Of a DNA stretch of 61,437 nt, positions 36,993-46,597 are shown in pieces. Source of the stretch: Actinotalea sp. (GTDB taxonomy: Bacteria > Actinomycetota > Actinomycetes > Actinomycetales > Cellulomonadaceae). The notes under the pieces are model-generated. The model searched no databases. It saw only the letters and a program-made list of their open reading frames with translations, and was not told the DNA's origin. The position numbers and the translations under genes are program-made. The stretch spans positions 1-61,437 of the forward strand of contig DAORVC010000004.1 in assembly GCA_035433545.1 (NCBI GenBank), in the 5' to 3' direction. Position 1 is the stretch's first letter. Every line of letters begins with the position of its first letter.

Positions 36993-38090
36993 TCACTCCT
37001 CGAAGGCCCCGACGTCGCAGCCCGCACCGATCGGCCGGACCACCCGCCGCTGGTCGAGGGAGACCCCGGCCGCGCACAGCACCGTGCGGCCGTCTGCGCC
37101 GCGCGCCCCGACGGGGATGGCGTCGAGGGCCGGGCTGTCTGCGCGCAGCGCCATGGTCTGCGTGGGGCCACCGTTCCAGGCCAGCGCCTCGAGGGCGACG
37201 TCGAGGATCCCCTCCGGGGCGTCGATCTGATCGCCCACGGTGGGCACGATCTCGCAGTACCACCCGTCCGTCGTCCCCATGACGACGTACCCGTTGGACA
37301 CCGCGGGGCCGGCGCAGTCGGATCCGGAGGCTCCGGCCTGGTTGCCCCCCAGCACGCTCGCCTCGAGGACGACGGCGGCCGAGGAGTCGATGTCCAGGCC
37401 ACCACCGATCCACTGCGCGGTGTTGCGCCCGACGGTGGAGTAGCTCAACCGGAGCGTCCCGGCCCCGACCGCGATCCCGCCGCCGTCGCCGTTCGACGTG
37501 TTGCCGGAGACCGTCGAGGTCGCGACGGTCGCCCGGCCGGTCGTGAAGAGGCCGCCGCCGCGCTCGGCCGTGTTCTCCGTGATGGTGCTGCGCTGCACCG
37601 CGAGCGTCCCCGTGCTGCTCACGCCACCGCCGTCGGTGCCGGTGTTGCCGCGCACCGTCGAGGAGAAGAGGGTCAGCGTGCCGCCGTTGAGCACCCCCGG
37701 GCCGGTGTCCCCTGACGGGTGGGTGACCAGCAGGCGCGTCATCGTGAGCCGTGCCCCGGCGGGCACGGCGACCGTCGGCTGACCCGCCCGCCCGACGAGC
37801 GTCGTCACGGGCACCGCCGCGGTCCACCGCCCGACGAGGCTGATGTCGGCCGCGACGACGATCGACCCGCGGCACACACCCTGCACCTCGATGACGTCGC
37901 CGGCGCGCGCCGCGGCCACGGCGCGGGCGAGCGCAGCCCCCGTGTCGGGGCCGTAGGTCACGCCCAGCGTGGTGTTGGTCGCGACGCACCCCCGGCCGCC
38001 GGCCGCCGCCGGACCGGCCGACAGCGCACCGACCGCGATCACCGCGAGGACGAGTGCCAAGACTCTGCGGGTACGCAGCACACCGGACAT
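36993..38090 (-). CDS. Secreted right-handed beta-helix protein with choice-of-anchor Q-like C-terminal domain
   Basis: Signal peptide, repeated STxxxNT/GGG motifs, C-terminal NGGPTQTMAL..SPALD..DQR..CDVGAFE. Confidence 0.75.
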   Translation of the reverse strand: MSGVLRTRRVLALVLAVIAVGALSAGPAAAGGRGCVATNTTLGVTYGPDTGAALARAVAAARAGDVIEVQGVCRGSIVVAADISLVGRWTAAVPVTTLVGRAGQPTVAVPAGARLTMTRLLVTHPSGDTGPGVLNGGTLTLFSSTVRGNTGTDGGGVSSTGTLAVQRSTITENTAERGGGLFTTGRATVATSTVSGNTSNGDGGGIAVGAGTLRLSYSTVGRNTAQWIGGGLDIDSSAAVVLEASVLGGNQAGASGSDCAGPAVSNGYVVMGTTDGWYCEIVPTVGDQIDAPEGILDVALEALAWNGGPTQTMALRADSPALDAIPVGARGADGRTVLCAAGVSLDQRRVVRPIGAGCDVGAFEE

Positions 38091-38199
38091 CGCAGCCACC
38101 TCCGTGGGGGCCCCGGCCGCCGGGGCCGATGACTCCAGCGCACTCCGGGGGCGGGCGCTCGTCCAGGGGACAAGGTCCCGACCGGAGGGACCGGCGCGC

Positions 38200-38949
38200 T
38201 CAGCCGCGCGCGGTCTGGGTGTTCGAGACCTGCGCGCGGGGCCGCACGACGATCGTGTCGAGGTTGACGTGGTGCGGCCGGGTGAGCGCGAAGGCGATGA
38301 CGTCGGCGACGTCGTCCGCCTCGAGCGGCTGGTAGCCCTCGTACACCTTCGCGGCCCGCTCGGCGTCGCCGCCGAACCGCACGAGCGCGAACTCCTGCGT
38401 CGCCACCGCGCCGGGCTCGACGTCGATGACGCGCACCGGCTGGCCGATGAGCTCCAGCCGCAGGGTGGTGGCGAGCATCCGCTCGGCGTGCTTGGCCGCG
38501 GTGTAGCCGCCGCCGCCCTCGTAGGGACCGATCGCCGCGGTGGAGGTCACGACGACGACGTCGCCGCGGCCCGACGCCACGATGAGTGGCAGCAGCGCCT
38601 GGGTGACCCGCAGCGTGCCCAGCACGTTGATCTCGTACATCCAGCGCCAGTCCTCGACGTCGGCCGTGGCGACCGGGTCCAGCCCGAGCGCCCCGCCGGC
38701 CACGTTGACGAGCGAGGTCAGCCCGCCGGTGGCGTCGCAGTGCTCGGCGAGCCGGGCGACGTCGTCCGCGCTCGTCAGATCGGCCGGGAACGGCTCGGCG
38801 CCGGTCTCGGCCGCGAGCCCGGCCAGCCGGTCCGCCCGCCGGGCGACGGCGACCACGTCCCAGCCCTCGGCGCACAGCCGGCGCACGGTGGCGGCGCCGA
38901 TCCCGGAGGACGCCCCGGTGACGACGGCGCGGGGTCGGTGCGTGCTCAT
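38200..38949 (-). CDS. SDR oxidoreductase, YdfG-like (candidate malonate-semialdehyde reductase)
   Basis: TGASSGIG, VARR (NADP preference), YEGGGGYTAAK, RPHHVN. ATGA overlap with the aminotransferase gene. Confidence 0.85.
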   Translation of the reverse strand: MSTHRPRAVVTGASSGIGAATVRRLCAEGWDVVAVARRADRLAGLAAETGAEPFPADLTSADDVARLAEHCDATGGLTSLVNVAGGALGLDPVATADVEDWRWMYEINVLGTLRVTQALLPLIVASGRGDVVVVTSTAAIGPYEGGGGYTAAKHAERMLATTLRLELIGQPVRVIDVEPGAVATQEFALVRFGGDAERAAKVYEGYQPLEADDVADVIAFALTRPHHVNLDTIVVRPRAQVSNTQTARG

Positions 38950-40280
38950 GGGGTCAGCTCCTCGTCGATGACGGTCAGTGCCTCGTCGTAGATCGCGAGC
39001 GCGCGGCGCACCTCGTCGTCGGTCACGACGCACGGCGGCACCACGTGCAGGCGGTTGTCCGCCAGGAAGGGCAGCAGCCCCCGTGCCATGAGCTCGGCCT
39101 TGAGCCGGCCCATGACCGCAGGTCCCACCGGCGTGCGGAGCTCGCGGTCGGACACCAGGTCGAGCGCCCAGAAGACGCCGAGGCCGCGCACGTCGCCGAC
39201 GATGCCGTGCCGTGCGGCGAGGTCTGCCAGCCCGGGGCCGAGGACCTCCACACCGATCCGGGCGGCGTTCGTCACGACCCCCTCGCGCTCCATCGCGTCG
39301 AGCGCCGCCACGATCGACGCCATCGCGAGCGGGTGGCCGGAGTACGTCAGGCCGCCGGGGAACACGCGGTCGTCGAAGGTGCGCGCCACGGCGTCCGAGA
39401 GGATCACCCCGCCGACCGGCACGTACCCCGAGTTGACGCCCTTGGCGAAGGTGATGAGGTCGGGGCGCACGCCGGTGTGGTCGAGCGCGAACCACGCTCC
39501 GGTGCGCCCGAAGCCCGCCATCACCTCGTCGAGGATCAGCAGGATGCCGTGGGCGTCTGCGAGCGCGCGGACCCCCTCGAGGTACCCCGGCGGCGGCACG
39601 AGCACCCCGCCCGTGCCCACGACCGTCTCGAGCAGGATCGCGGCGATCGAGGCGGGGCCCTCGGCCTCGACGACCCGGCGCAGGTGCGTCAGCGCTCGCT
39701 CCGACTCCTGCTCGGGCGTCGTGGCCCAGAACTCGGAGCGGTACAGGAACGGGCCGAAGAAGTGCACGTGGCCCCGTGCGTACTCGTTGGGCACGCGCCG
39801 CCAGTCCCCCGTCGCGACGATCGCCGCCCCGGTGTTGCCGTGGTACGAGCGGTACGCGGAGAGCACCTTGTCCCGGCCCGTGTGCAGGCGCGCCATCCGG
39901 ATGGCGTTCTCGTTGGCGTCGGCCCCGCCGTTGGTGAAGAAGACCTTGGACATGCCAGCCGGCGCGTGCGCGACGATCGCGGCGGCCGCGCGGCCGCGTG
40001 CGAGGTTGGCGTGGCCCGGCGCGACCGTCGCCAGCAGGGCCGCCTGCTCGGCGATCGCGGCGACGACGGCGGGATGGCCGTGCCCGATGTTGACGTTGAC
40101 CAGCTGGCTGGAGAAGTCGAGGTAGCGCCGGCCCTCGTGGTCCCAGACCTCGCTGCCCAGCCCGCCGGCGATGGCGAACGGGGCGAGCGCGCCCTGGGCG
40201 GACCACGAGTGGAAGACGTGCGCCCGGTCGAGGGCCAGGGTCAGGTCACCGGCTGCGGCGCCGGTCAGGGGATCGGTCAT
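38946..40280 (-). CDS. Class III PLP aminotransferase (candidate beta-alanine transaminase)
   Basis: YLDFSSQL, SYHG, DEVMAGFGRTG, FAKG (PLP Lys), GLTYSGHP. Confidence 0.9.
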   Translation of the reverse strand: MTDPLTGAAAGDLTLALDRAHVFHSWSAQGALAPFAIAGGLGSEVWDHEGRRYLDFSSQLVNVNIGHGHPAVVAAIAEQAALLATVAPGHANLARGRAAAAIVAHAPAGMSKVFFTNGGADANENAIRMARLHTGRDKVLSAYRSYHGNTGAAIVATGDWRRVPNEYARGHVHFFGPFLYRSEFWATTPEQESERALTHLRRVVEAEGPASIAAILLETVVGTGGVLVPPPGYLEGVRALADAHGILLILDEVMAGFGRTGAWFALDHTGVRPDLITFAKGVNSGYVPVGGVILSDAVARTFDDRVFPGGLTYSGHPLAMASIVAALDAMEREGVVTNAARIGVEVLGPGLADLAARHGIVGDVRGLGVFWALDLVSDRELRTPVGPAVMGRLKAELMARGLLPFLADNRLHVVPPCVVTDDEVRRALAIYDEALTVIDEELTP

Positions 40281-40317
40281 GGGCTCACCATTCCAGAACG
40301 GGCGGGGTGCGGGCAGG

Positions 40318-40358
40318 GGTGACCGGTCGGGGCGGGTGCGCCGCCCCGACCGGTCACC
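40318..40358 (-). terminator. 18-bp perfect stem-loop after the substrate-binding-protein gene
   Basis: GGTGACCGGTCGGGGCGG / CCGCCCCGACCGGTCACC with 5-nt loop, 9 nt after the SBP stop. Confidence 0.65.
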
Positions 40359-40367
40359 GCGGGTCGG

Positions 40368-41525
40368 TCAGCTGCCACCCGGGTTGAGCGTGACCTCGAT
40401 GGGCTCGAACCCCGCGCCGACGACGTCCAGCCCCTCTTCGGCGAGCTCTGCGAGCGCGCGCTCGACGTACGCGTTGGTGTAGGCCGTCTCCGGTGGGGCC
40501 GCCGTGATGATGGTGGCACCCGTCTCGTTGGACGTGGCCATCGCCATCTCGACGGTCGCGGCCCAGGCCTCGGGGTCGACCATGCCGATCCCGCCCGACG
40601 TGCTGGGCCAGATGAGCTTGTTGACCTCGTTGGTCATCCACAGCTGGTGGCTGGCCCCCAGGGTGGAGCCGGCCGCGGTCACCGCGTCGGCCGCGGCCTG
40701 GGCGTCGTCGCGCGCGAACATCCAGCCGCGGATCGAGGCCTTGAGGAACGCGACCGTCGTCTCGACGTACGCCTCGTCGTCGGCGAGGCGGGTGGCATCG
40801 GCCCAGATCGCGTCCTGGAGCATCGCCGTGCCGACCTCGTTCCAGTCGATGACCGTGAAGTCCTCCGGCTGGTAGAGCTCGCCCGTCTCGGGGTCCTCGG
40901 ACTCCAGCAGCTGGGCGTACTCGTTGTACGTCATCGCCTGCGCGGCGTCGATGTCCCCGGCCAGGAAGGCGTTCATGTCGAACGCCTGCTGGACGATCTC
41001 GAAGTCCGTGACGCCGGCCTGGTTGAGCCCGGCGAAGAGCTCCCACTCGTTGCCGTAGCCCCAGCTGCCGATCTGCTTGCCTGCGAGGTCCTCGACCGTC
41101 TCGATCCCCGCGTCGGCGAAGGCCACCTGGAGCGTGGCGGACCGCTCGAAGATCTGCGCCACGTTGGTGATCTCGGCACCCTGCTCGATGGAGCCGAGCA
41201 CCTTGGGCACCCACGCGATGGCGAAGTCCACCTCGCCGTTGGCCAGGGCGTCCTGCGGGACGATGTCCCCGCCGCTCGGGAGGATCTCGACCGCGAGCCC
41301 CTCCTCCTCGTAGTACCCCTCGGCGACCGCCGCGTAGTAGCCGGCGAACTGCGCCTGGGTGAGCCACTGGAGCTGCAGCGTCACCGGCGTCAGCTCGGTC
41401 CCGTCAGCGGTCTCCTCGGTCTGCGTGCCCTCCTCGCCAGCTGCGCTGGAGCAGCCCGCGAGCGCGAGCGCCGCGGCCACCCCGATGACCAGCGCCTGGG
41501 CGCCGGTGCGTGTGGTGATCCTCAT
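40368..41525 (-). CDS. ABC transporter substrate-binding lipoprotein, NMT1/THI5-like (probable pyrimidine binding)
   Basis: Lipobox LAGC, LQLQWLTQAQFAGYY, AMTYNE. GGAAGG RBS. Confidence 0.88.
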   Translation of the reverse strand: MRITTRTGAQALVIGVAAALALAGCSSAAGEEGTQTEETADGTELTPVTLQLQWLTQAQFAGYYAAVAEGYYEEEGLAVEILPSGGDIVPQDALANGEVDFAIAWVPKVLGSIEQGAEITNVAQIFERSATLQVAFADAGIETVEDLAGKQIGSWGYGNEWELFAGLNQAGVTDFEIVQQAFDMNAFLAGDIDAAQAMTYNEYAQLLESEDPETGELYQPEDFTVIDWNEVGTAMLQDAIWADATRLADDEAYVETTVAFLKASIRGWMFARDDAQAAADAVTAAGSTLGASHQLWMTNEVNKLIWPSTSGGIGMVDPEAWAATVEMAMATSNETGATIITAAPPETAYTNAYVERALAELAEEGLDVVGAGFEPIEVTLNPGGS

Positions 41526-41633
41526 GTCATCCCCTTCCGTGCCGGTGGGTCGTGCGGTGGGTCGTGCTGGTGAACGACCGACCTGGCGTCGTCGGCAGGC
41601 GGACATCGGGGGCGCCGCGGGGCGCGGGCGGGC

Positions 41634-42404
41634 TCAGGTCGCGCCCGACCGCCGCCGCACGAGGTGCTCGACGGCAAGCGTCGCGCCGAAGAAGACGAGC
41701 CCCACGAGGACGCCGCCGAGCACGAACGCCCAGGCCCGTGCGTAGTTGCTGCCGGCTGCTGCCGTCGTGATGAAGGACCCGATCCCCGAGCGCGGGCCGC
41801 CGAAGTACTCCGCGACGATGGCGGAGATGACGGCGAGCGACGACGCCATCCGCAGGCCCGTGAAGACGAAGGGCAGCGCCGCGGGGATCGTCACCGTGCG
41901 CGTCGCCTGACGCGGCGTCGCGGCGTACGCGCGCATGAGGTCGCGGTGGACCGGACGCACCTGGCGCAGCCCCCGGAGCGTGTTGACGTACACCGGCACG
42001 AGCACGGCGATCGCCGCGACGATCTGCCGGGCGACCTCCGAGGCGGCGCCGAACATCGTGTAGAGCACGGGGGCGAGCGCGACGATCGGCACGACGGCGA
42101 GGCCCGCGACCAGCGGCGCCATGAGGTCGTCCGCGAGCCTCGTCTGGCCGGCCACCACAGCCGCGCCGATCCCCACGGCCGAGCCGAGCAGCAGGCCCAC
42201 GAGGGCGTTGCTCCCGGTGACGAGGACCGCCTGGCTGATCGTCGGCCACATCGCGACCAGCTCGCCGCCGATCGCCGCCGGGCTGGGCAGGAGGAACGGC
42301 GGCACGTTCGCGACCACGACGAACGTCTGCCACGCCGCGACCAGCCCCACCAGCAGCAGGGCCGGCGCGAGGACCCTCTGCGCCACGGACGCCGTGCCCG
42401 TCAT
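41634..42404 (-). CDS. ABC transporter permease (SsuC/TauC-like)
   Basis: LLPSP, VPIVALAP, IPAALPFVFTGLR, AIVAEYFGG. Confidence 0.9.
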   Translation of the reverse strand: MTGTASVAQRVLAPALLLVGLVAAWQTFVVVANVPPFLLPSPAAIGGELVAMWPTISQAVLVTGSNALVGLLLGSAVGIGAAVVAGQTRLADDLMAPLVAGLAVVPIVALAPVLYTMFGAASEVARQIVAAIAVLVPVYVNTLRGLRQVRPVHRDLMRAYAATPRQATRTVTIPAALPFVFTGLRMASSLAVISAIVAEYFGGPRSGIGSFITTAAAGSNYARAWAFVLGGVLVGLVFFGATLAVEHLVRRRSGAT

Positions 42405-43207
42405 CGCGTCTCCACCCCACGCGAGGGCACGTCCGCCCGGCCGTGCAGGGCCTCGCGGACCTGCGTGATCGCGGCGAAGTAGCCGGCGTCCTCGCGCAGC
42501 CCGTCCGCCCGCTCCGAGCCGCGCCCCAGTCCGACCTCGACGACCTCGGTGATCCGGCCCGGCCGTGCCGACATGACGACCACCCGGTCGGAGAGGAACA
42601 CGGCCTCGGGGATGGAGTGCGTCACGAAGACGACGGCCGCCCTGGTCTCGGCGCAGATCCGGACGAGCTCGTTCTGCAGCCGCTCGCGGGTCATCTCGTC
42701 GAGCGCGCCGAACGGCTCGTCCATGAGCAGCAGGCTCGGCTCCTCGGCGATCGCGCGGGCGATCGCGACCCGCTGCTGCATGCCACCGGACAGCTGGTCG
42801 GGGTACGAGCCGGCGACGTCGCCGAGCCCGACCAGCTCGAGCAGGTGCTCCGCTCGCTCGCGCCGCTCCAGCTTGCCCGTGCCGTGCAGGGCGAGCGGCA
42901 GCTCGACGTTGGCCCGCACCGTGCGCCACGGCAGCAGCCCCGCCTGCTGGAACGCGATCCCGTAGTCGTGGGCGAGGCGGGCCTGCTCCGCGCTGCGCCC
43001 GAACACCGCGACCTGGCCCGTGGTGGGCTGGTCGAGGTCCGCCACGACGCGCAGCAGGGTGCTCTTGCCGCAGCCAGACGGGCCGATGAGCGAGACGAAC
43101 TCGCCCGCGGCGACCTGCAGGCTGACGTCGTCCAGCGCCGTCACCGCCGCCGGCCCCCGGCCGAACACCCGGCTGACCCCGACGACGCCCACGGCCACGG
43201 CGCTCAT
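42401..43207 (-). CDS. ABC transporter ATP-binding protein (SsuB/TauB-like)
   Basis: [29 protein letters not shown]. Confidence 0.93.
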   Translation of the reverse strand: MSAVAVGVVGVSRVFGRGPAAVTALDDVSLQVAAGEFVSLIGPSGCGKSTLLRVVADLDQPTTGQVAVFGRSAEQARLAHDYGIAFQQAGLLPWRTVRANVELPLALHGTGKLERRERAEHLLELVGLGDVAGSYPDQLSGGMQQRVAIARAIAEEPSLLLMDEPFGALDEMTRERLQNELVRICAETRAAVVFVTHSIPEAVFLSDRVVVMSARPGRITEVVEVGLGRGSERADGLREDAGYFAAITQVREALHGRADVPSRGVETR

Positions 43208-44076
43208 GCGACGGCCTCCGCGCGGCGGTAGCGACCGAGCGGCACACCGAGCAGGCCCACGAGCCCGGCGACCACGAGGCCGAGCAGCACCGCCCCGAAG
43301 AGGGGCGCCCAGGGCTTGGCCGGGTCGCTGCTCGCGAAGCTGGCGAACTCCAGGATCATCCGGCCCACTCCTCCCGGGAGGCCCGTCGACACCTCCGCGA
43401 CGACGGTGCCCACCACGACGTTGGCCGCTGCGAGCCGCAGTGCCGGCAGCAGGTAGGGCACGCTCGCCGGCAGCCGCAGCCGCACGAGGGTGGTCCACCA
43501 GCCCGCGCCATAGGCGACCATGAGGTCGCGGTGGATCGCATCGGGCGACTGCAGCCCGCGCAGGGTGCCGACGGCGACCGGGAAGAACGCCAGGTAGGAC
43601 GCGATGACCACGACGGACATCCAGCCCTGCCACTCGAACGAGCCGAGCTCGAGCGTGCTCCCCCACCCCCGCACGAGCGGCGCGAGCGCGATGAGCGGGA
43701 CCGTCTGGCTCAGCACCACCAGGGGCAGCACGGCCTGCTCGACGATGCGGAACCGCGCCATCGCGACCGCGTACGCGAGCCCGACCGCGACGCCCAGCAC
43801 CCAGCTGAGCAGGGCGATCCCGAGGCTGAACGCCCCGGCCTGGAGCACCGCGACGGCCAGCACCGGGGCGCCCGGCGCCGCGGTGAGCGGGTCGCCGAGC
43901 CGGGCCACCATCTCCCAGACGTGCGGCATGGCGAGGTCGGTGGTCCGGGGCGCCAGGCGCAGCTCGCCGAGGCTCCAGCCCTCCTCCGGCCCGAGCAGCT
44001 TGTAGAGCTCCCAGGCGGCGGCGACCCCCGCCAGCGCGGCCAGGCCCAGCAGGGTGCCCCGCAGCCGCGCGCTCAT
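43204..44076 (-). CDS. ABC transporter permease
   Basis: SQTVPLIALAP, FFPVAV, LPASVPYL, VVAE. ATGA overlaps at both ends. Confidence 0.9.
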   Translation of the reverse strand: MSARLRGTLLGLAALAGVAAAWELYKLLGPEEGWSLGELRLAPRTTDLAMPHVWEMVARLGDPLTAAPGAPVLAVAVLQAGAFSLGIALLSWVLGVAVGLAYAVAMARFRIVEQAVLPLVVLSQTVPLIALAPLVRGWGSTLELGSFEWQGWMSVVVIASYLAFFPVAVGTLRGLQSPDAIHRDLMVAYGAGWWTTLVRLRLPASVPYLLPALRLAAANVVVGTVVAEVSTGLPGGVGRMILEFASFASSDPAKPWAPLFGAVLLGLVVAGLVGLLGVPLGRYRRAEAVA

Positions 44077-45104
44077 GCCGTCGCCACGACGTGGTCGCGG
44101 AGCGCGGGGATGACCCGCTCGCCGTACATCCGCAGGGTCTCCTCCTTGTTGTCGTGCTGGAGGTACCCGGCGAACTGGGTGACGCCGAGGTCGCGCAGGG
44201 CGGCCAGCTTCTCGACGTGCTCGCGCGGGCTGCCGAGCAGGCAGAACCGCTCGACGATCTCGTCTGGCACGAAGGCGGCGTGGCTGTTGCCCGCCCTGCC
44301 GTGCTCGTTGTAGTCGTAGCCCTGGCGCCCGGCGACGTAGTCGGTCAGCGCCTGCGGCACGTCCGAGCCGGAGCCGTACTTGGTGACGATGTCGGCGACG
44401 TGGTTGCCCACCATGCCGCCGAACCAGCGGCACTGCTCGCGCATGTGGGCACGCTCGGCCGGCGCGTCGCCGTTGCCGACGTACATCGGGGCCGCGACGC
44501 AGAACTTGATCGACATCGGGTCGCGGCCGGCGGCCTCGGCAGCGTCCCGGACCGCCTTGATCATCCAGGCGGCGATGTCTAGGTCCGCGAGCTGGAGGAT
44601 GAACCCGTCACCCACCTCCCCCGTCAGGCGCAGGGCCAGGGGGCCGTAGGCCGCGACCCACACGTCCATGACCGAGCCATGGCTCCACGGGAACCGGACG
44701 GTCGTGCCGTTGACGTCCACCGCCCGGCTGTTCGCCAGCTCACGGATGACGTGCACGGACTCGCGCAGCGTGGCCAGGTTGCTCGGCCTGCCGCCCAGCG
44801 TGCGCACCGCGGAGTCCCCCCTGCCGATCCCGCAGATGGTCCGGTTGCCGTACATCTCGTTGAGCGTGGCGAACAGCGAGGCGATGACCGTCCAGTCCCG
44901 CGTGGCGGGGTTGGTGACCATCGGCCCGACGACGACGCGCCGGGTCGCCGCGAGGATCGCGGAGTAGATGACGAAGGGCTCCTGCCAGAGCAGGTGCGAG
45001 TCGAACGTCCACACGTGGCTGAACCCGTGGGTCTCCGCCTGACGCGCGAGCTCGACCGTCCGCGAGGCGGGCGGGTTGGTCTGCAGGACGACGCCGAAGT
45101 CCAT
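44073..45104 (-). CDS. Mer-like LLM-class putative F420-dependent oxidoreductase (TIGR03842-like)
   Basis: MDFGVVLQ, WTFDSHLLWQEP, GPMVTNP, GIGRGDS, AAYGP. Motifs resemble methylene-H4MPT reductase-type LLMs. Confidence 0.85.
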   Translation of the reverse strand: MDFGVVLQTNPPASRTVELARQAETHGFSHVWTFDSHLLWQEPFVIYSAILAATRRVVVGPMVTNPATRDWTVIASLFATLNEMYGNRTICGIGRGDSAVRTLGGRPSNLATLRESVHVIRELANSRAVDVNGTTVRFPWSHGSVMDVWVAAYGPLALRLTGEVGDGFILQLADLDIAAWMIKAVRDAAEAAGRDPMSIKFCVAAPMYVGNGDAPAERAHMREQCRWFGGMVGNHVADIVTKYGSGSDVPQALTDYVAGRQGYDYNEHGRAGNSHAAFVPDEIVERFCLLGSPREHVEKLAALRDLGVTQFAGYLQHDNKEETLRMYGERVIPALRDHVVATA

Positions 45105-45153
45105 CGTGGCTCCCATCGGTCCGGTGGGGGCGGGGGTACCGCCCACCAGGGGG

Positions 45154-46572
45154 TCAGGCCGGGTACTGGCTCTCGCCGCGGTGCAGGTACTGCCCGTGCC
45201 CGGCGCGACCGTGGAAGGCCCCGTCGTCGATCACCACGGAACCGCGGGAGAGCACGGTGTCGACGTGACCGTCGACCTCGAACCCCTCCCACGACGAGTG
45301 GTCGATCGCCATGTGGTGGGTCTTGTCGAACCCGATGGACGTGTGGCCCGCCGGGTCGTAGACGACGATGTCGGCATCGGCGCCGGGGGCGATGACGCCC
45401 TTGCGCCCGGCGAGGCCGAACATCCGCGCCGGCGTGGTCGAGCACAGCTCGACCCAGCGTTCGAGGGTGATCCTGCCCGTGACGACGCCCTGGTACACGA
45501 GGTCCATCCGGTGCTCGACGGTGCCCATCCCGTTGGGGATCTTGCGGAAGTCGCCCAGCCCCAGCTCCTTCTGGCCGACCTGGCAGAACGGGCAGTGGTC
45601 GGTCGCGACCATCTGCAGGTCGTTGGTCCGCAGGGCCCGCCAGATGTGGTCCTGATGCTCGTCCGCCGTGGACCGCAGCGGCGGCGAGCACACGTACTTG
45701 GCGCCCTCGAACCCGGGCGCGCCCAGGTGCTCCTCGAGGCCCAGGTACATGTACTGCGGGCACGTCTCGGCGAAGACGCGCTGGCCGCGGTCGCGCGCCG
45801 CGGCGATCTGGTCGACCGCCTGCTTGGCCGAGACGTGCACGATGTACAGCGGTGAGCCGGCGACGTCGGCGAGCATGATCGCCCGGTGCGTGGCCTCCTC
45901 CTCCATCTGCCACACGCGCGCGACCCCGTGGTAGTACGGGTCCGTCTTGCCGGCCGCGACCAGCTGCTCGGCCAGGACGTCGATCGCCGGTCCGTTCTCC
46001 GCGTGCATCATCGGCAGCAGACCGTGCCCGGCCGCCACCTGGAACGCGCGGAGCAGCTCGCCGTCGCCGGAGTAGAACACCCCGGGGTAGGCCATGAACA
46101 TCTTGAAGCTCGTCACGCCCTGGCTCGGCAGCCAGGTCAGAGCCTTGAGCGAGTCCTCGTCGACGCCGCCGACGATCTGGTGGAAGCCGTAGTCGACCGC
46201 GCAGGTGCCGGCCGCCTTGGCGTGCCAGGCCTCCAGCCCGTCCTGGATCCGCGTCCCGGCGGTCTGCACGGCGAAGTCGATGATCGCCGTGGTGCCGCCC
46301 CAGGCCGCGGCCCTTGTCCCGGTCTCGAAGGTGTCCGACGCGTGCGTGCCGCCGAACGGCAGCTCCATGTGCGTGTGCGCGTCGATCCCGCCAGGGATGA
46401 CGTACTTCCCGGTCGCGTCGATGACGCGGTCGACGTTCGCCGCGACGTCGAAGCCGAGGAGCGACGAGCCCGGGGCGAGGACGGCGACGATCGTCTCGCC
46501 GTCGACGAGCACGTCCGCCGCCCCGCGTCCGGTCGCGTTGACGACGGTGCCGCCGCTGATGAGGGTCTTCAC
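45154..46572 (-). CDS. hydA: Dihydropyrimidinase
   Basis: PGGIDAHTH, GTTAIIDF, SFKMFMAY (carbamylated Lys), HAENG, YIVHVS, ETCPQY, TDHCPF. Confidence 0.93.
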   Translation of the reverse strand: MKTLISGGTVVNATGRGAADVLVDGETIVAVLAPGSSLLGFDVAANVDRVIDATGKYVIPGGIDAHTHMELPFGGTHASDTFETGTRAAAWGGTTAIIDFAVQTAGTRIQDGLEAWHAKAAGTCAVDYGFHQIVGGVDEDSLKALTWLPSQGVTSFKMFMAYPGVFYSGDGELLRAFQVAAGHGLLPMMHAENGPAIDVLAEQLVAAGKTDPYYHGVARVWQMEEEATHRAIMLADVAGSPLYIVHVSAKQAVDQIAAARDRGQRVFAETCPQYMYLGLEEHLGAPGFEGAKYVCSPPLRSTADEHQDHIWRALRTNDLQMVATDHCPFCQVGQKELGLGDFRKIPNGMGTVEHRMDLVYQGVVTGRITLERWVELCSTTPARMFGLAGRKGVIAPGADADIVVYDPAGHTSIGFDKTHHMAIDHSSWEGFEVDGHVDTVLSRGSVVIDDGAFHGRAGHGQYLHRGESQYPA

Positions 46573-46597
46573 GGGTGTCCTTCGGGGGTGCGGGCGG

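Noticed and set aside
44073-45104. LLM as a RutA-type oxidative pyrimidine monooxygenase
   Set aside because: No rutB/C/D or flavin reductase neighbours. The adjacent enzymes act on dihydropyrimidines and the motifs are Mer-like. Disfavoured but not excluded without an assay.
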